From positions 125,550,001-125,614,000 of the forward strand of contig OY740781.1 of NCBI GenBank assembly GCA_963514005.1: a stretch of DNA of 64,000 bases, read 5' to 3'. Made by a program: the position numbers and the translations under genes. Shown piece by piece: positions 13,014 to 23,780 of this stretch (its first letter is position 1; every line of letters begins with the position of its first letter). The stretch is from Raja brachyura (Eukaryota). The notes below the pieces were generated by a model. The model was given only the letters and a program-made list of their open reading frames with translations. It was not told where the DNA came from and did not search any database.

Positions 13014-13827
13014 AATTGTAATCCTCAATTATTATGAGAGGTGATTCAGCCGAGTATTGGCATGGCTGCTGTGCAATGCAAGAATCCAGAGATGGGGTGA
13101 AAAGTAGAAAAGTTCACACAAGAATATTGTTGAAGTAATTTCAAAGCAGAAAATTAGATAGCATATGCCTTGAGATAGAGGTTGACATTCATGTCTAGTT
13201 GCCTATGAAATTCTCAGTGGGTTGAACCAACAGGAGATTGAGTCGAGTGCTTTACAAAAGGTGGCATTGTGAGGTGGAGACCATTTCAATGTTCCAGCGA
13301 TATTTTGAGTTATGTCACACTCAAAGGACTTGCTGATGTCGGCTCAACAGTACAGCCGGAGGGAATGCAACAGGTTATGACAAAATTGTGATTACTGAAG
13401 ACAATCTCTGGAAGGAAAGTCAAGGGAACTGAATTTGGGACTTTAAAAGAATTGTCAGGAAAGAGAATATGTCCAATGCATATGAGAACTCAGAATAGAA
13501 TCTAAGATTCAAAGCTGTATGAATTGATATGATTGAATTTGTGGTATCTGATAAAATACTCATAAGTTGAAAGTATACAGTAGTTGTATCATAGAGGTTG
13601 ACAAGTGTTATTAGCCCGTGTTAAATGCAATGTCAACTGCTGATGCTTTGAAACTGCGTAACAGGGCATTTATAAATATGCATGGTTGTAGAACAATTGT
13701 GTTAAAGCAATGACTGCAGTACAGTTTCTGAGATCAACCATTTTTAAGCCTATTTAGGGAAGTTATCCCTGTGAATTATCATTCTCTGAATTGTATATTT
13801 TAGTGGTGATGTGTAGTATTTGGAGTC

Positions 13828-15860
13828 TTTTTTCGTGCGTATAGCGTGCACAGCCAAAAGTTGTAGGTCAAGGGTAGACATCGAGGCCAGGACCGCATCA
13901 GTTATTGGGTGGATGGCTTTGATGCTACCAGTGAAAAGCCTCAGTGAGCAGTAATTCATAATGTGTGGGATGGTCTGGCCTGGATGTACACAGTTGCAAG
14001 CAGGGCTGTCTGTCATTCCCCACTTATTCAAGTGATGGGCTGTTCTTGCATGGAGGGTGCTGATTCTGTTCAGGGTTAGCCATTGCTTGCGATGGAGGTC
14101 AAATCCCGGTGGTTTCACTGTGAGGTCTGTGATGACCTCTCCATTATTAGTGTTGGCATCTTTGCAAGCTTTGCACCACTCAGTCTTGGAGTCAAAGTCT
14201 TCCAGGGTTTTAACTGAAGACCAGAAGGGTTTGTGGGACTTCAGGCGCATGGTGGGCAGATTGTTCAAGTCAGCATGGATGGAAAGGTCGAGGTCAGCCT
14301 CGATGGTGCACCAATCTTTTAACATTCTCTCCCATCTGCGTATGCTGGGATGGGTGATATGAGAGAGGACAGGGAGCCACCATGATAATATCCTAGTTAA
14401 TAATGAAATATTTTATGATTAAAATAGATTGAGTAAAATATTAGCTTGAGTATAGCCTGAGTATAACTCAACTTTTTCTGGATGCTGAAATCTGAAGTTT
14501 GCAGAAATGTGGAAATCGGGAAATTGGAGGCCAGCTTTCAAACTGCCATTCAAGCTGGTTCCTATTATATGCCAAGTAGAACACCATCCGCAATGGTGAG
14601 AGGGGATGTACTTCCTGAGAAGGTTCAGGCTTCTGCAAACAGAAGCCTTGGGGAGGATGAGCTTCCTGATAACTTGATATTCTCTGCTAACAGGAACTTC
14701 TGTGGGTAGCTGACAATCAAAGATTATATTGTTAAGACAGAATTGTAAAGGTGTGTTTCTTGACTAACTCCCTGCTTTTGAATGTTTGTGATCAAAAGTT
14801 CTATGATTGATAGAAGCACAGGGTGGCAAGACTATTGTATCAGTGACAAGCATACTTTGAATGGGTAGAGCTGTGATTGATTTGTATTAAACATCATTTA
14901 TGCCATGAACATGTGACAATGTTTCCAAAACACTATAAAAGCTGTATATCTTAATTCATTAGTGTTAGCCCAGGGAGAGCCAAGTATCGGCTGTATACTT
15001 GACTTTGTATCCCCCAGCACTCTCGCTGGCTCACTGATCAGTAAAGCTTGTGTTGGTTTTACTTAATTTATTGTGAGTTGTCTGTTTTAAGAAATGACCT
15101 TTAACCACTGCAAAGGTGTTGACTAAAGCGTCCCTATGATTGCCAGCATTGCAGAGTTAAGGACAGTGTCAACTCATTTAGTGTGGCAGCTATTAGCCCA
15201 AGCTGGTGATCGAAACTTGGCTGTTGAGTGGACTAGGGCTAGGTTTGCAATACGGAGGGTGTGTGCACTGTCCCCAGCTGTTTCCCGCAAGTTTCCCGCA
15301 ATGATGTTGACCATTACTTTCAGTTTATCAGTTACCCTCTTCAGATGTTCGCGATAGGCGAGGGTGCGATCCAGGGTGACTCCAAGGTACTTGGGGAATT
15401 CTTCATTCTTCACTGGCTTATCACAAAAGGACACTCGGAGCTTTGCATTGGTGAGCCGATTGCTGAGGTGAGTGACAGTTGTCTTAGATGGGTTAGGGCA
15501 GTCGCCAGAAGGTGAAGTACTCCTCCATCCCCTTCAAATCTTGGGTTAGCACTCTGCTGATATCCTCAAGGGCAGCTCCCTGGTAGGCAAGGGCAAGATC
15601 ATCTGCATATGCAAACTTCCTGGACAAGGTAGTTGGCATGTCACTCACATAAATGTTGAAGAGTAGGGGAGCTAGGACAGAGCCCTGGCGGAGACCATCA
15701 TTCAGGGTCCTGATAGAGCTGGTCTAGTTCCAAGCAAAACCCTAAATCTGAGGATGGATGAGAGGGCATGCGTGGTGGTTTGGCACTTCAAGATCCTGGA
15801 AGCTTTCAGTAACAGACCATGTCTCCACATGGTGTCATAAGCTGATGACAGATCTAAATA
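13828..15860 (-). mobile_element. Non-LTR retrotransposon 3' half, Vingi/Ingi-like (I-group)
   Basis: YLDLSSAYDTMW, GLRQGSVLAPLLFNIY, RKFAYADD, PKYLGVTLDRTL, LALVHSTA..SPAW; C-terminal PPGFDLHRKQWLTLNR...KWG..DSPACNC..QTIPHI...C knuckle; short A tail; split by an insert at 14381-15104. Confidence 0.7.
14381..15104 (+). mobile_element. Solo-LTR-like insertion
   Basis: Flanked by a 4-bp CCAC duplication (14377-80, 15105-08); removal restores STPLQWLPVLSHI in the host LINE. TATA-like CTATAAAA at ~14933 and AGTAAA at ~15040. Confidence 0.55.
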
Positions 15861-16034
15861 AATAATTGTAGTGAAAATGACTAACCAACTTTGTCTGGTT
15901 AAATGTAACACAGCATGTATACATCTCTGAAGTAGTTAATTCCATAATTTTATGCAGGTAAATAGTTAACAGCATAATTTAATGTATGTGGATAGTTTGT
16001 ATGAATCTTACAGAGGAAACAGTGCAGTACATTT

Positions 16035-16314
16035 GTTTAGTTTAGAGATAAGGAGAAAACCTTTGGCCCACCAAGTCCACCCCAACCAACAATCCCCATA
16101 CACTTACACTATCCTACGCACACTAGGGGCAATTTACAATTATAGCAAGTTAATCTGCACACCTGTGTGTCCTTCGAGTGTGGGAAGAAATCGAAGATCC
16201 TGGAGAAAGCCACGGAGGGAACGTAAAACTCCGTACAGATAGCACCCGTAGTCAGGATTGTACCCAGATCTCAGGCGCTGTAAGGCAGCAAATCTACTGC
16301 TGCGCCACCATGCC
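16035..16314 (-). mobile_element. V-SINE (HE1-like), near full length
   Basis: tRNA-like head, V-domain and (TAAAC)n tail on the minus strand. Confidence 0.85.
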
Positions 16315-16594
16315 ATACATCCTATGGATCTACATTTAAGAAATGTGTGTACCGTATGGTTTGTCTTCAATGCGTTATAATGTGTGATCTGAGAGTTGAC
16401 TACTTCAATGAAGGATATTTTATTGTAATGCTATCTCCACTGCAAAAGTGATGAGTAATCTGAAGGCACTGTATGGGAAAAAATGGAAGAAACCAGGAAC
16501 TGATGAATGTAAGTTGAGGAGGCATGGATGGGACGTTAGGTTTAGGTTTATTATTGTCACATGTACTGAGGTACAGTGAAAAGCTTTGATTTGC

Positions 16595-18071
16595 GAAATC
16601 AATGTGGTTAAAAATGGAAAAGGAAGACTGTTTACCTTTCAATATAGAGTCGATTATTTTCGCACCAAAGGAAGTACAAAAAAAGACTTATAGGGACAAC
16701 CCTATAATTCATAATAATAGGCGTATTTGGAAACAGATAGTTAAGACCTTATCTGGATAATCTTTCTTTTAGGTTACCAATTAGGAATAACCCACTGTTT
16801 AAACCCTCAATCTTAGATGCGGGGTTTAGACTGTGGGAGGATTCAGGAATTAAAAGGATAGGACACCTTCATAGAAATGGAAAATTTTTATTATTTGAAG
16901 AGTTACAAGATATTTTTGGACTACCTTCACAACACCATTTTAGGTATTTACAAATTAGAGATTTTATTAAATGCAACACACAAGACTATAAAAATAAAGA
17001 ATCAGGCTTATTAGATGAGCTGTTTAATTTACATCCAAATACGGATAAGCTTATAGCTTATATATACAATATTATTTTAGATAAAGAGAACCCAACAACT
17101 GAAACATATCGTCAAGCATGGGAAAATGAAATTGGATTACCTATAATAAAAGAAACTTGGGAAGAAAGCTTACAAAGAATACATTGGTGTTCTTTGAATG
17201 CCAGACACACATTGATACAATTTAAAGTTATATATAGATTACACTACTCGAAAACCAAATTAAAAAGTATCTTTCCTAGTCTCTCCTCGATTTGTGATAA
17301 ATGTAAGAATCTTGAAGCAAATTTAATACATAGTTTTGTAACGTGCCCACGGTTGAATTATTATTGGATTGAAATTTTTAAAGTTATTTCGGAAGTTCTT
17401 AAGGTTGAACTCGACCCAGACCCAAAATTAATAATATTTGGAATCCCGGAGCCAAATTTGGTACTCACAGTAAATCAAAGAAATTTTTTTGATTACTGTT
17501 TAATAATAGGGAAAAAAATGATACTTAAATTTTGGAAGGGAACATTATCCCCAACAATTAAAATGTGGAAAGCAGAGATGTTGGAGACGTTGAATTTGGA
17601 AAGAATTAGATTTGTCCTTTTGGACAGGTATAATTCTTTTGAATCGATATGGTCTCCATATATACAGTATTTAGAGAAGTAGCTATTCTTGGAATCACGG
17701 CTCGAGGGGCACCCTACGGAATCCGATGCGAATAACTTACTTACATTTGATATTATTGCGCATTTATTATAGATATTACTGTATGAAATAGTATTTCGTA
17801 TAATGTATTTAGTTTTGTTTATATATATGTAATATTTTTGTTTTTTAAATTTTCTTTTTTTTTATGGTTGAAGTATGTGGGAAATTTTTTTTTTTATTCC
17901 CTTTTTTTCTTCTTTTTTTTTCTCTTTTATATATCTTTTTCTTTATTTCCAAAAAATAGAAGATATTAAGTATTGATATGTTATTTGTAGTAATATTGAA
18001 TTAAGGTGTTGGTTTATAAAGTAAGCTATACATTGTAAACTGATTACTTCAAATAAAAAAATATTACAAAC
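16595..18071 (+). mobile_element. 5'-truncated L1-clade LINE with 17-bp TSD
   Basis: TSD GAAAAGCTTTGATTTGC (16578-16594, 18072-18088); ORF2 C-terminus FRYLQIRDF...QFKVIYRLH...CDKC..NLIHSFVTCP; T-rich 3'UTR, AATAAA and A-rich tail. Inserted in a Rex-type tail. Confidence 0.9.
17194..17682 (+). pseudogene. L1 ORF2 C-terminal cysteine-rich (zf-RVT) fragment
   Basis: CxxC..H..C motif CDKC...HSFVTC and W.AEM..L.LE...F..IW.P. Confidence 0.8.
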
Positions 18072-20607
18072 GAAAAGCTTTGATTTGCATGCTATTTAAA
18101 CAGATCAGATGCACTATATATAAATATAATCGTCAACATCAATTACAATAGATAGAGTGAAGGGGAAGATACAGAGTGCAGAATATAGTTCTCAGCATCA
18201 TAGTACACCAGTTCATAGAGTCATTGAACCATACAGCACAGAAACGGATCCTTCGGCCCGACTCGTAGACCCTTGGCCTCCTGCACTCCAAATAATAAAA
18301 TCCTAGCTTTCTCTTCTATCGCAATAGCTCAGATTTTTTTGGCCTTGGCAACATCTTCATAAATCACCTATGCACTCATTCCAGACCACTCTTTGGACTT
18401 TAGACGAAGTCCAATGTCCACAGTGGGGTAGAGATGAATCAGACAGCACTCCCTGGTAGGAGTATGTGGTGGTGTTTGGTAGCAGCAAGTCATGAGATTT
18501 GGGCATGGGGCACAGGCGTCTGCAGAATAGGATATGGAAAGGAGACTGGGGGCGAGGCAGGCCAGGATGGTGCACCACTTGGGCTTTCTGGTGAAGGGCT
18601 GATGAATGAAGCTATTGATTTACCTGGCAACTGCCTCAATCCAGTGCTGTACCAGGAAGACCAGGTTTCCCAGAGATAGCCCAGCAATGGTCAACAATAT
18701 GGTAGTCGTCTGCCCGCAATATTCCAAAAGAGCATTCAAAAGTGCTATGAGCACCTGAGGTAGAACTTGGGTGGGGGTGGAAAGGTTGCTCAAGCTTCAC
18801 TGCAAAAACAAATTTCTCCACTTTTTTTTCCTAACGTTGTGGCAATGGAGTGAATGAAATCACAATGAGCTTCACCCACTATTCAGTGTGAATGGTCCAT
18901 GTAACCGATCTGTATTTTTATTTAACATTCCTGCTGGACCTTGTTTTGCCAGTGAAATGGATAGTTGTGAGAGTTTCAGAAATAATTTTTATTCAACCAT
19001 GCATATTCTAGCCTTCTTGTATGAATAATGTAGGAACAGCTGTAATAGCGTGCAAGAGGGTGAACAATAAATCGCACAGCCAAGGGGAATTTCAGTTTGC
19101 TTCCATAAAATAGATTTAAAGTATAAACGGTTTGGTTTATGAAGCTGGTAAAGTGCATAGTAAAATAAATTGCGAGGGAAAGATTATTGCCCAATTTTGC
19201 ATAGTTGCTGTTATAACAAATCAATGACATCCTAGCTTCCCTGACTGAGATTATATTCAAATCAAATAATTATTTGAAGGTAATTGTTTACATTAATTTT
19301 ATTCTTTAAGAAAATAATTGTTCAAGGAATTATGTGTGAGGGTTCATTTTGTATCAAAGCTATATATGCTGTTTAAGGAGTGAGATGGCTCGAAGAGTGG
19401 GTAGAATGGCTGCACCCAACATGGGGGGAAAAATGACTTCCTGTTTTAAAGTCTGATGAGGAGATGCATCTGCAATACATTGAAGAAAAGGTAAGCAACT
19501 TTGAAAAGCCAGAGAAGGGGTAATCGTTGGCTGCAAGGCCCCAGAGATAGAAATGGCTGGATGTGAGGAGGATCTCTTTTATATAAAAAAGCTTGCTTTG
19601 GAGAGGGATTCTGTCCAGAGGAAATCAACAAATTATCAACACATCCAATCAGATAAAGCAGAGTAGGGTGCAAAATCATAGGGCAGAATATGGATGTCCA
19701 AAACGCACAATACTCAATGATTGCCCTTTCAGATTTCACATTGAAACCACAGATCAAAAGGTAGAGAGATAAGATGAGCTATGGAAACTATGTGGACATT
19801 TTCAAGAATACTTTGGTAATGCTCACTTGGCTGTCTTTGAATTAAGCAGAGGACAGACACAAAACTCTGAAGTAACTCAGCGGGTCTGGCAGCATCGCTG
19901 GAGAAAAGGAATGGGTGACCTTTCAGGTGGGATCCTTCTAGCAGGTCAGATCAGGGTGTTATTTTAAACATGATCAAAAAAAAAAATGTCAAAGACTGTC
20001 AAACAATTTAATCATTGGTCATCACTGAAAACAGGGAAATATAATAGTCTTTGACTATCAAAGCTGTTCAAGAAAACTAAAGACAAGAGACTAACTGAGG
20101 TGTCAGTGTCTGCAGTTTTATTATTCTGATCAATCTGTACATTACCACAGCATAATGTAATCATTAATGTGCAATAAGTTCACCACAGTCCTAACACCTG
20201 CTAGATTTTAATGAGTCCTATTGAGTGCACAATTCATAATTTCCTTTTATGCCATTAGTCAACTACAGAGTCCAACAAACTGATCAAGAATGAGCACACA
20301 TATTAGTGTATTAAAGGTTGTATATTTCACTTAATATCTATCATGCACAAATTATTTTCAGTTGTTTAATTAGCCAGTTTAATAGTAAGATTAAACAAGA
20401 ACTTACCAGTTTGAAGTTTGATCTTTATTTTATGAGGAGTTACGATGAGGGATTACGTGAAGACCCCGCCAGCACGCATGCGCGACATTCTTCAAAGCAG
20501 TGGTGTGAAATCACAGAACAAACAGTCACAATGACTAATATAGTAAGATAAAAAAAGAGAACTTCCATACCAGGTGATCTTTATAATAGAGGGTTGGGAG
20601 CGGAGGG

Positions 20608-20720
20608 CACGTAATCCCTCATCGTAACTCCTCATAAAATAAAGATCAAACTTCAAACTGGTAAGTTCTTGTTTAATCTTACTATTTTACTTCGGAGTCA
20701 CGTGAGTGACTACGTGAAGA
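20608..20720. repeat. DIRS internal complementary region (ICR)
   Basis: 20608-20686 is the exact reverse complement of 20381-20459 (79 bp); 20684-20720 is the exact reverse complement of 25125-25161 (37 bp); the two parts overlap by ATT. Confidence 0.95.
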
Positions 20721-20872
20721 TTTCAAAGCTCTGTGATTTCATGCCGTGGAAGCTCCATGCTCACACACCGCTAAAGTTGGGATAAGAGGATGAACGTAAT
20801 TCAGACAAGACACTGGCTGAAAAACAAAAACAGGTATTTATTCATACCAAACAATATAGTCCCAAAAGGGTA

Positions 20873-21856
20873 CTATCTGGCAGTACTTAAAATCCTCCCT
20901 GCAAAAGTATCAGGGGAGGTCACGGGTTTAAAGTAAAAGCGGTGGAAGGTCTTTTCGTTCCTCCAACCCGCTGTGGCCAGGATGTGATCCAAAGGTACTT
21001 CCATCCTTCTAGCCGCCGAGGTGGATGCTGCCCTGGTGGAGTGAGATTTATAAATGTTAGTATCCACCCCCGCCGCATCCAATACCACCCTTAACCATCT
21101 GGAAATGGTTTGCACCGTGACTCTATGATGGGGTTTCTTGTGACTGATGAGCAATGCTGTCTCCGTGCCCCTTAGATTTTTAGTAACTGAGATGTATCGT
21201 GAGATTAATGAAACGATACAAAGGCGAGAATCTGTTGGGTAAGCCAGAAACTCTAATGTATGACCAGACACTCCGGGACGATCTTGTTTCAATAGTCCCT
21301 GCACATAAAAAGTGACTTTATCACTGGTGGAGGTCATTGCATCCAAATTGAGTTTGTGCAGGGACTGGAGCCGTTGTGCCGTGATAAGTGCCATAATCAT
21401 GACCATTTTGTACGTGAGTTTTGCCAAAGGGAGTCCCGTGATAGGCGTCCATCCTCGTAGCATAGTCAAAACTGTGCTGATATCCCAAGTATGGCTGTAT
21501 CTAGGCCTGGGGGGATTGGAATTGAATATTCCCCTCATAAATTTGGACACTAGGGGATGTGATCCAATGCCCAATTGGTCACTTCCCTGGCCCAGGTAGG
21601 ATGATAGGGCACTCCTGGCACAGTTGATGGCACTGTAACTCAAACCCTCATCGAAATGAAGGGTAGCCAAAAATTCCAGCACTTCCGTAATAGTGGCGGT
21701 TTCATAAGTGGTGTTGGCTGAGACGCAGAATCCTTCCCATTTTCTGATGTAGGTCAGATACTGCTTCCTTGTGGACTCTCTGCAGGCTGCTGTGATGGTG
21801 TCAATGGTCCTGTTGGAGAGTCCGTATCCGTGAAGTGGCCGTTTTAGAATCTGCAA
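20873..21856 (-). CDS. Tyrosine recombinase of the DIRS element (no 5' ATG in frame)
   Basis: N-terminal core-binding region (STRKQY..W..FC, YSAINCARSALS) and catalytic R (TAQR), K (LKQDR), HxxR (SHSTR), W (AGW), Y (FHRFY); uninterrupted. Confidence 0.93.
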   Translation of the reverse strand: MQILKRPLHGYGLSNRTIDTITAACRESTRKQYLTYIRKWEGFCVSANTTYETATITEVLEFLATLHFDEGLSYSAINCARSALSSYLGQGSDQLGIGSHPLVSKFMRGIFNSNPPRPRYSHTWDISTVLTMLRGWTPITGLPLAKLTYKMVMIMALITAQRLQSLHKLNLDAMTSTSDKVTFYVQGLLKQDRPGVSGHTLEFLAYPTDSRLCIVSLISRYISVTKNLRGTETALLISHKKPHHRVTVQTISRWLRVVLDAAGVDTNIYKSHSTRAASTSAARRMEVPLDHILATAGWRNEKTFHRFYFKPVTSPDTFAGRILSTAR

Positions 21857-23778
21857 ATCAATAGATCCATGCGATCATGACATGGGTGATGTTCCCCTGT
21901 AACAGGGTGAATGAGCAGACTTGGTCTTTTGTTCACCCTGATGCAGGGTTCTGTGGCCATCTTCCGTACCATAGGGAACCATGGTTGGGTAGGCCAGTCG
22001 GGCACCACCAAAATTCCCGATGCGGAGTCTTGCTTAATTTTCTGCAAGACCCGACTGATGAGGCAGAAAGGGGGAAATGCATAGCAAAATAGATCTCCCC
22101 AATGTAGCGAGAATGCATCCATCGCTACTGCCCCCGGGTCTGGTTCCCAAGCAACATATGTTGGTAGTTGGTGATTAAGCCTGGACGCGAAAAGGTCGAT
22201 ATCTGGTGTTCCATACCGTTCTACAATATCTGTAAACACACTCCGATCCAACATCCATTCTATGTTGTCGTTGAATTTACGTGATCTGGTGTCTGCCACT
22301 GTGTTTAGCTTCCCTGGAAGGTAAGTAGCTGATATCCAGATTTCTCTTTGCAGACACCAGTGCCAGATATTGTTTGCCAATTCATCACATGATATCGACT
22401 TAATACCGCCCATGTGGTTAATATAGGCTACCACCGTGGTGTTGTCAATTTGTATCCTTATATGGACTTTGTGCATATTAGTGCAGTATGCTTTAAGGCC
22501 GTGAAATGCTGCCAGCATTTCCGAATAGTTAATCCCCAAATTTTTGAAATGGGTTAACTCCTGTGCACTCCATCTACCTCCACAACTAGAGGTAGTGTTA
22601 GTAGCTCCCCACCCTTTGGCACTGGCATCTGTTTGTAAGGTGACCGAGGGATTGATGATAGTGATTGGTTTAGAGCAGTTTTGGGCATTGCCCATCCACC
22701 AATATAATTCGGCTTTTGCCTTCTCCGGTATTGTCATGGGCCTATCAAAATGGCCAGCATGATTTTTGAGCGCTGTAATTTTTGCTCTTTGTAAGTTTTG
22801 GTAATGTAAAGGCCCAAATTGTGCTCCAGGGAATGCAGCTACTATCTTTCCAATCACCCTGTCCACCTGTCAAATGGATGGATCCTTAGTGCCAAAGAGG
22901 CTCCTGCAAGCCTCTATCAGGTCCTCCACCTTGCTTGGTGGCAACGTGATAGACATTTGCCCAGAGTCAATGATGAACCCCAAGTACTTCATGGTAGTAG
23001 AGGGTTCCAATATAGATTTATCTGGATGTATAATGAAACCCAGCTTCTGAAAAAGCTGTTTAGTGGCTGTTACCGCCAAAGTGGCCGTTTCCAAATTTTC
23101 CCCCACAATGAGGATGTCGTCTAGATAAGCCATAACAGTATGGTTCTGTTTCCTTAAACAGGCCAAAGCTGGTTTCAATATCTTGGTAAACAATCTGGGT
23201 GCTGATGATAACCCATTGGGCAAGGCTTTGTATTGCCATAATTGTCCCATCCAGATAAATTTTAAGTATTTCCTATGATCCTTGTGAATGGGTACTGAAT
23301 AATATGCATCCTTAAGATCAATGCATGCCTTGTAGTACCCATGACCTATTAACTGTATAGCAGTGTCGAAGGTGTCCATTTTGAAATGAATATACTGGAC
23401 AGAAGTATTCAGTTCAGTTAAGTCAATAATGATGCGGCAACCGCCGTCTTTTTTATTTTTGGTGAATATATTGGACACGAACTCCCGGGGTTCTTTGGTG
23501 GCTTTCTCCACTACTCCTTTCTTTATTAACCTAAGAAGCTCAGCATGTCCTGCTGCCTTCTCTTGTTGAGAAAGGATAAATTTCCGGCTAGGGACATGCT
23601 GAACCGGAGTAGGGAGTTCGTGAATAAATTCAATTTCGTAGCCCTGAATACTCCTGAGTATATAAGGATCAGAGGTAACAGTGAGCCAATTCTCGTAGAA
23701 CAAGTGCAACCTGCCCCCCACATACAGTGAATTTAGACAAGATGTGTTTCTGGGGACTCCAGACCCACCTACCTCCAT
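21844..23778 (-). pseudogene. DIRS pol: RT + RNase H + N6-adenine-methyltransferase-like domain, one in-frame TGA at 22870-22872
   Basis: RT IDLKDAY, LPNGLSSAP, YLDD; RH TDAS..GWG, E, IDNTT, NTVAD; MT-like DIDLFASRLN, DAF, YAFPPF. ORFs 22870-23856 and 21844-22866 are in the same frame (PSI*QVDRVIG). ATG at 23778 in ACCATGG context. Confidence 0.92.
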
Positions 23779-23780
23779 GG

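Noticed and set aside
18434-18730. Possible Harbinger/HARBI1 transposase remnant
   Set aside because: Only vague similarity (CL..VLYQ..VS); no catalytic motif could be aligned by eye.
20873-22290. Phage integrase plus Dam methylase as prophage or bacterial contamination
   Set aside because: Both domains sit in a gag-RT-RH element with ITR/ICR termini embedded in vertebrate repeats, which is standard DIRS architecture.
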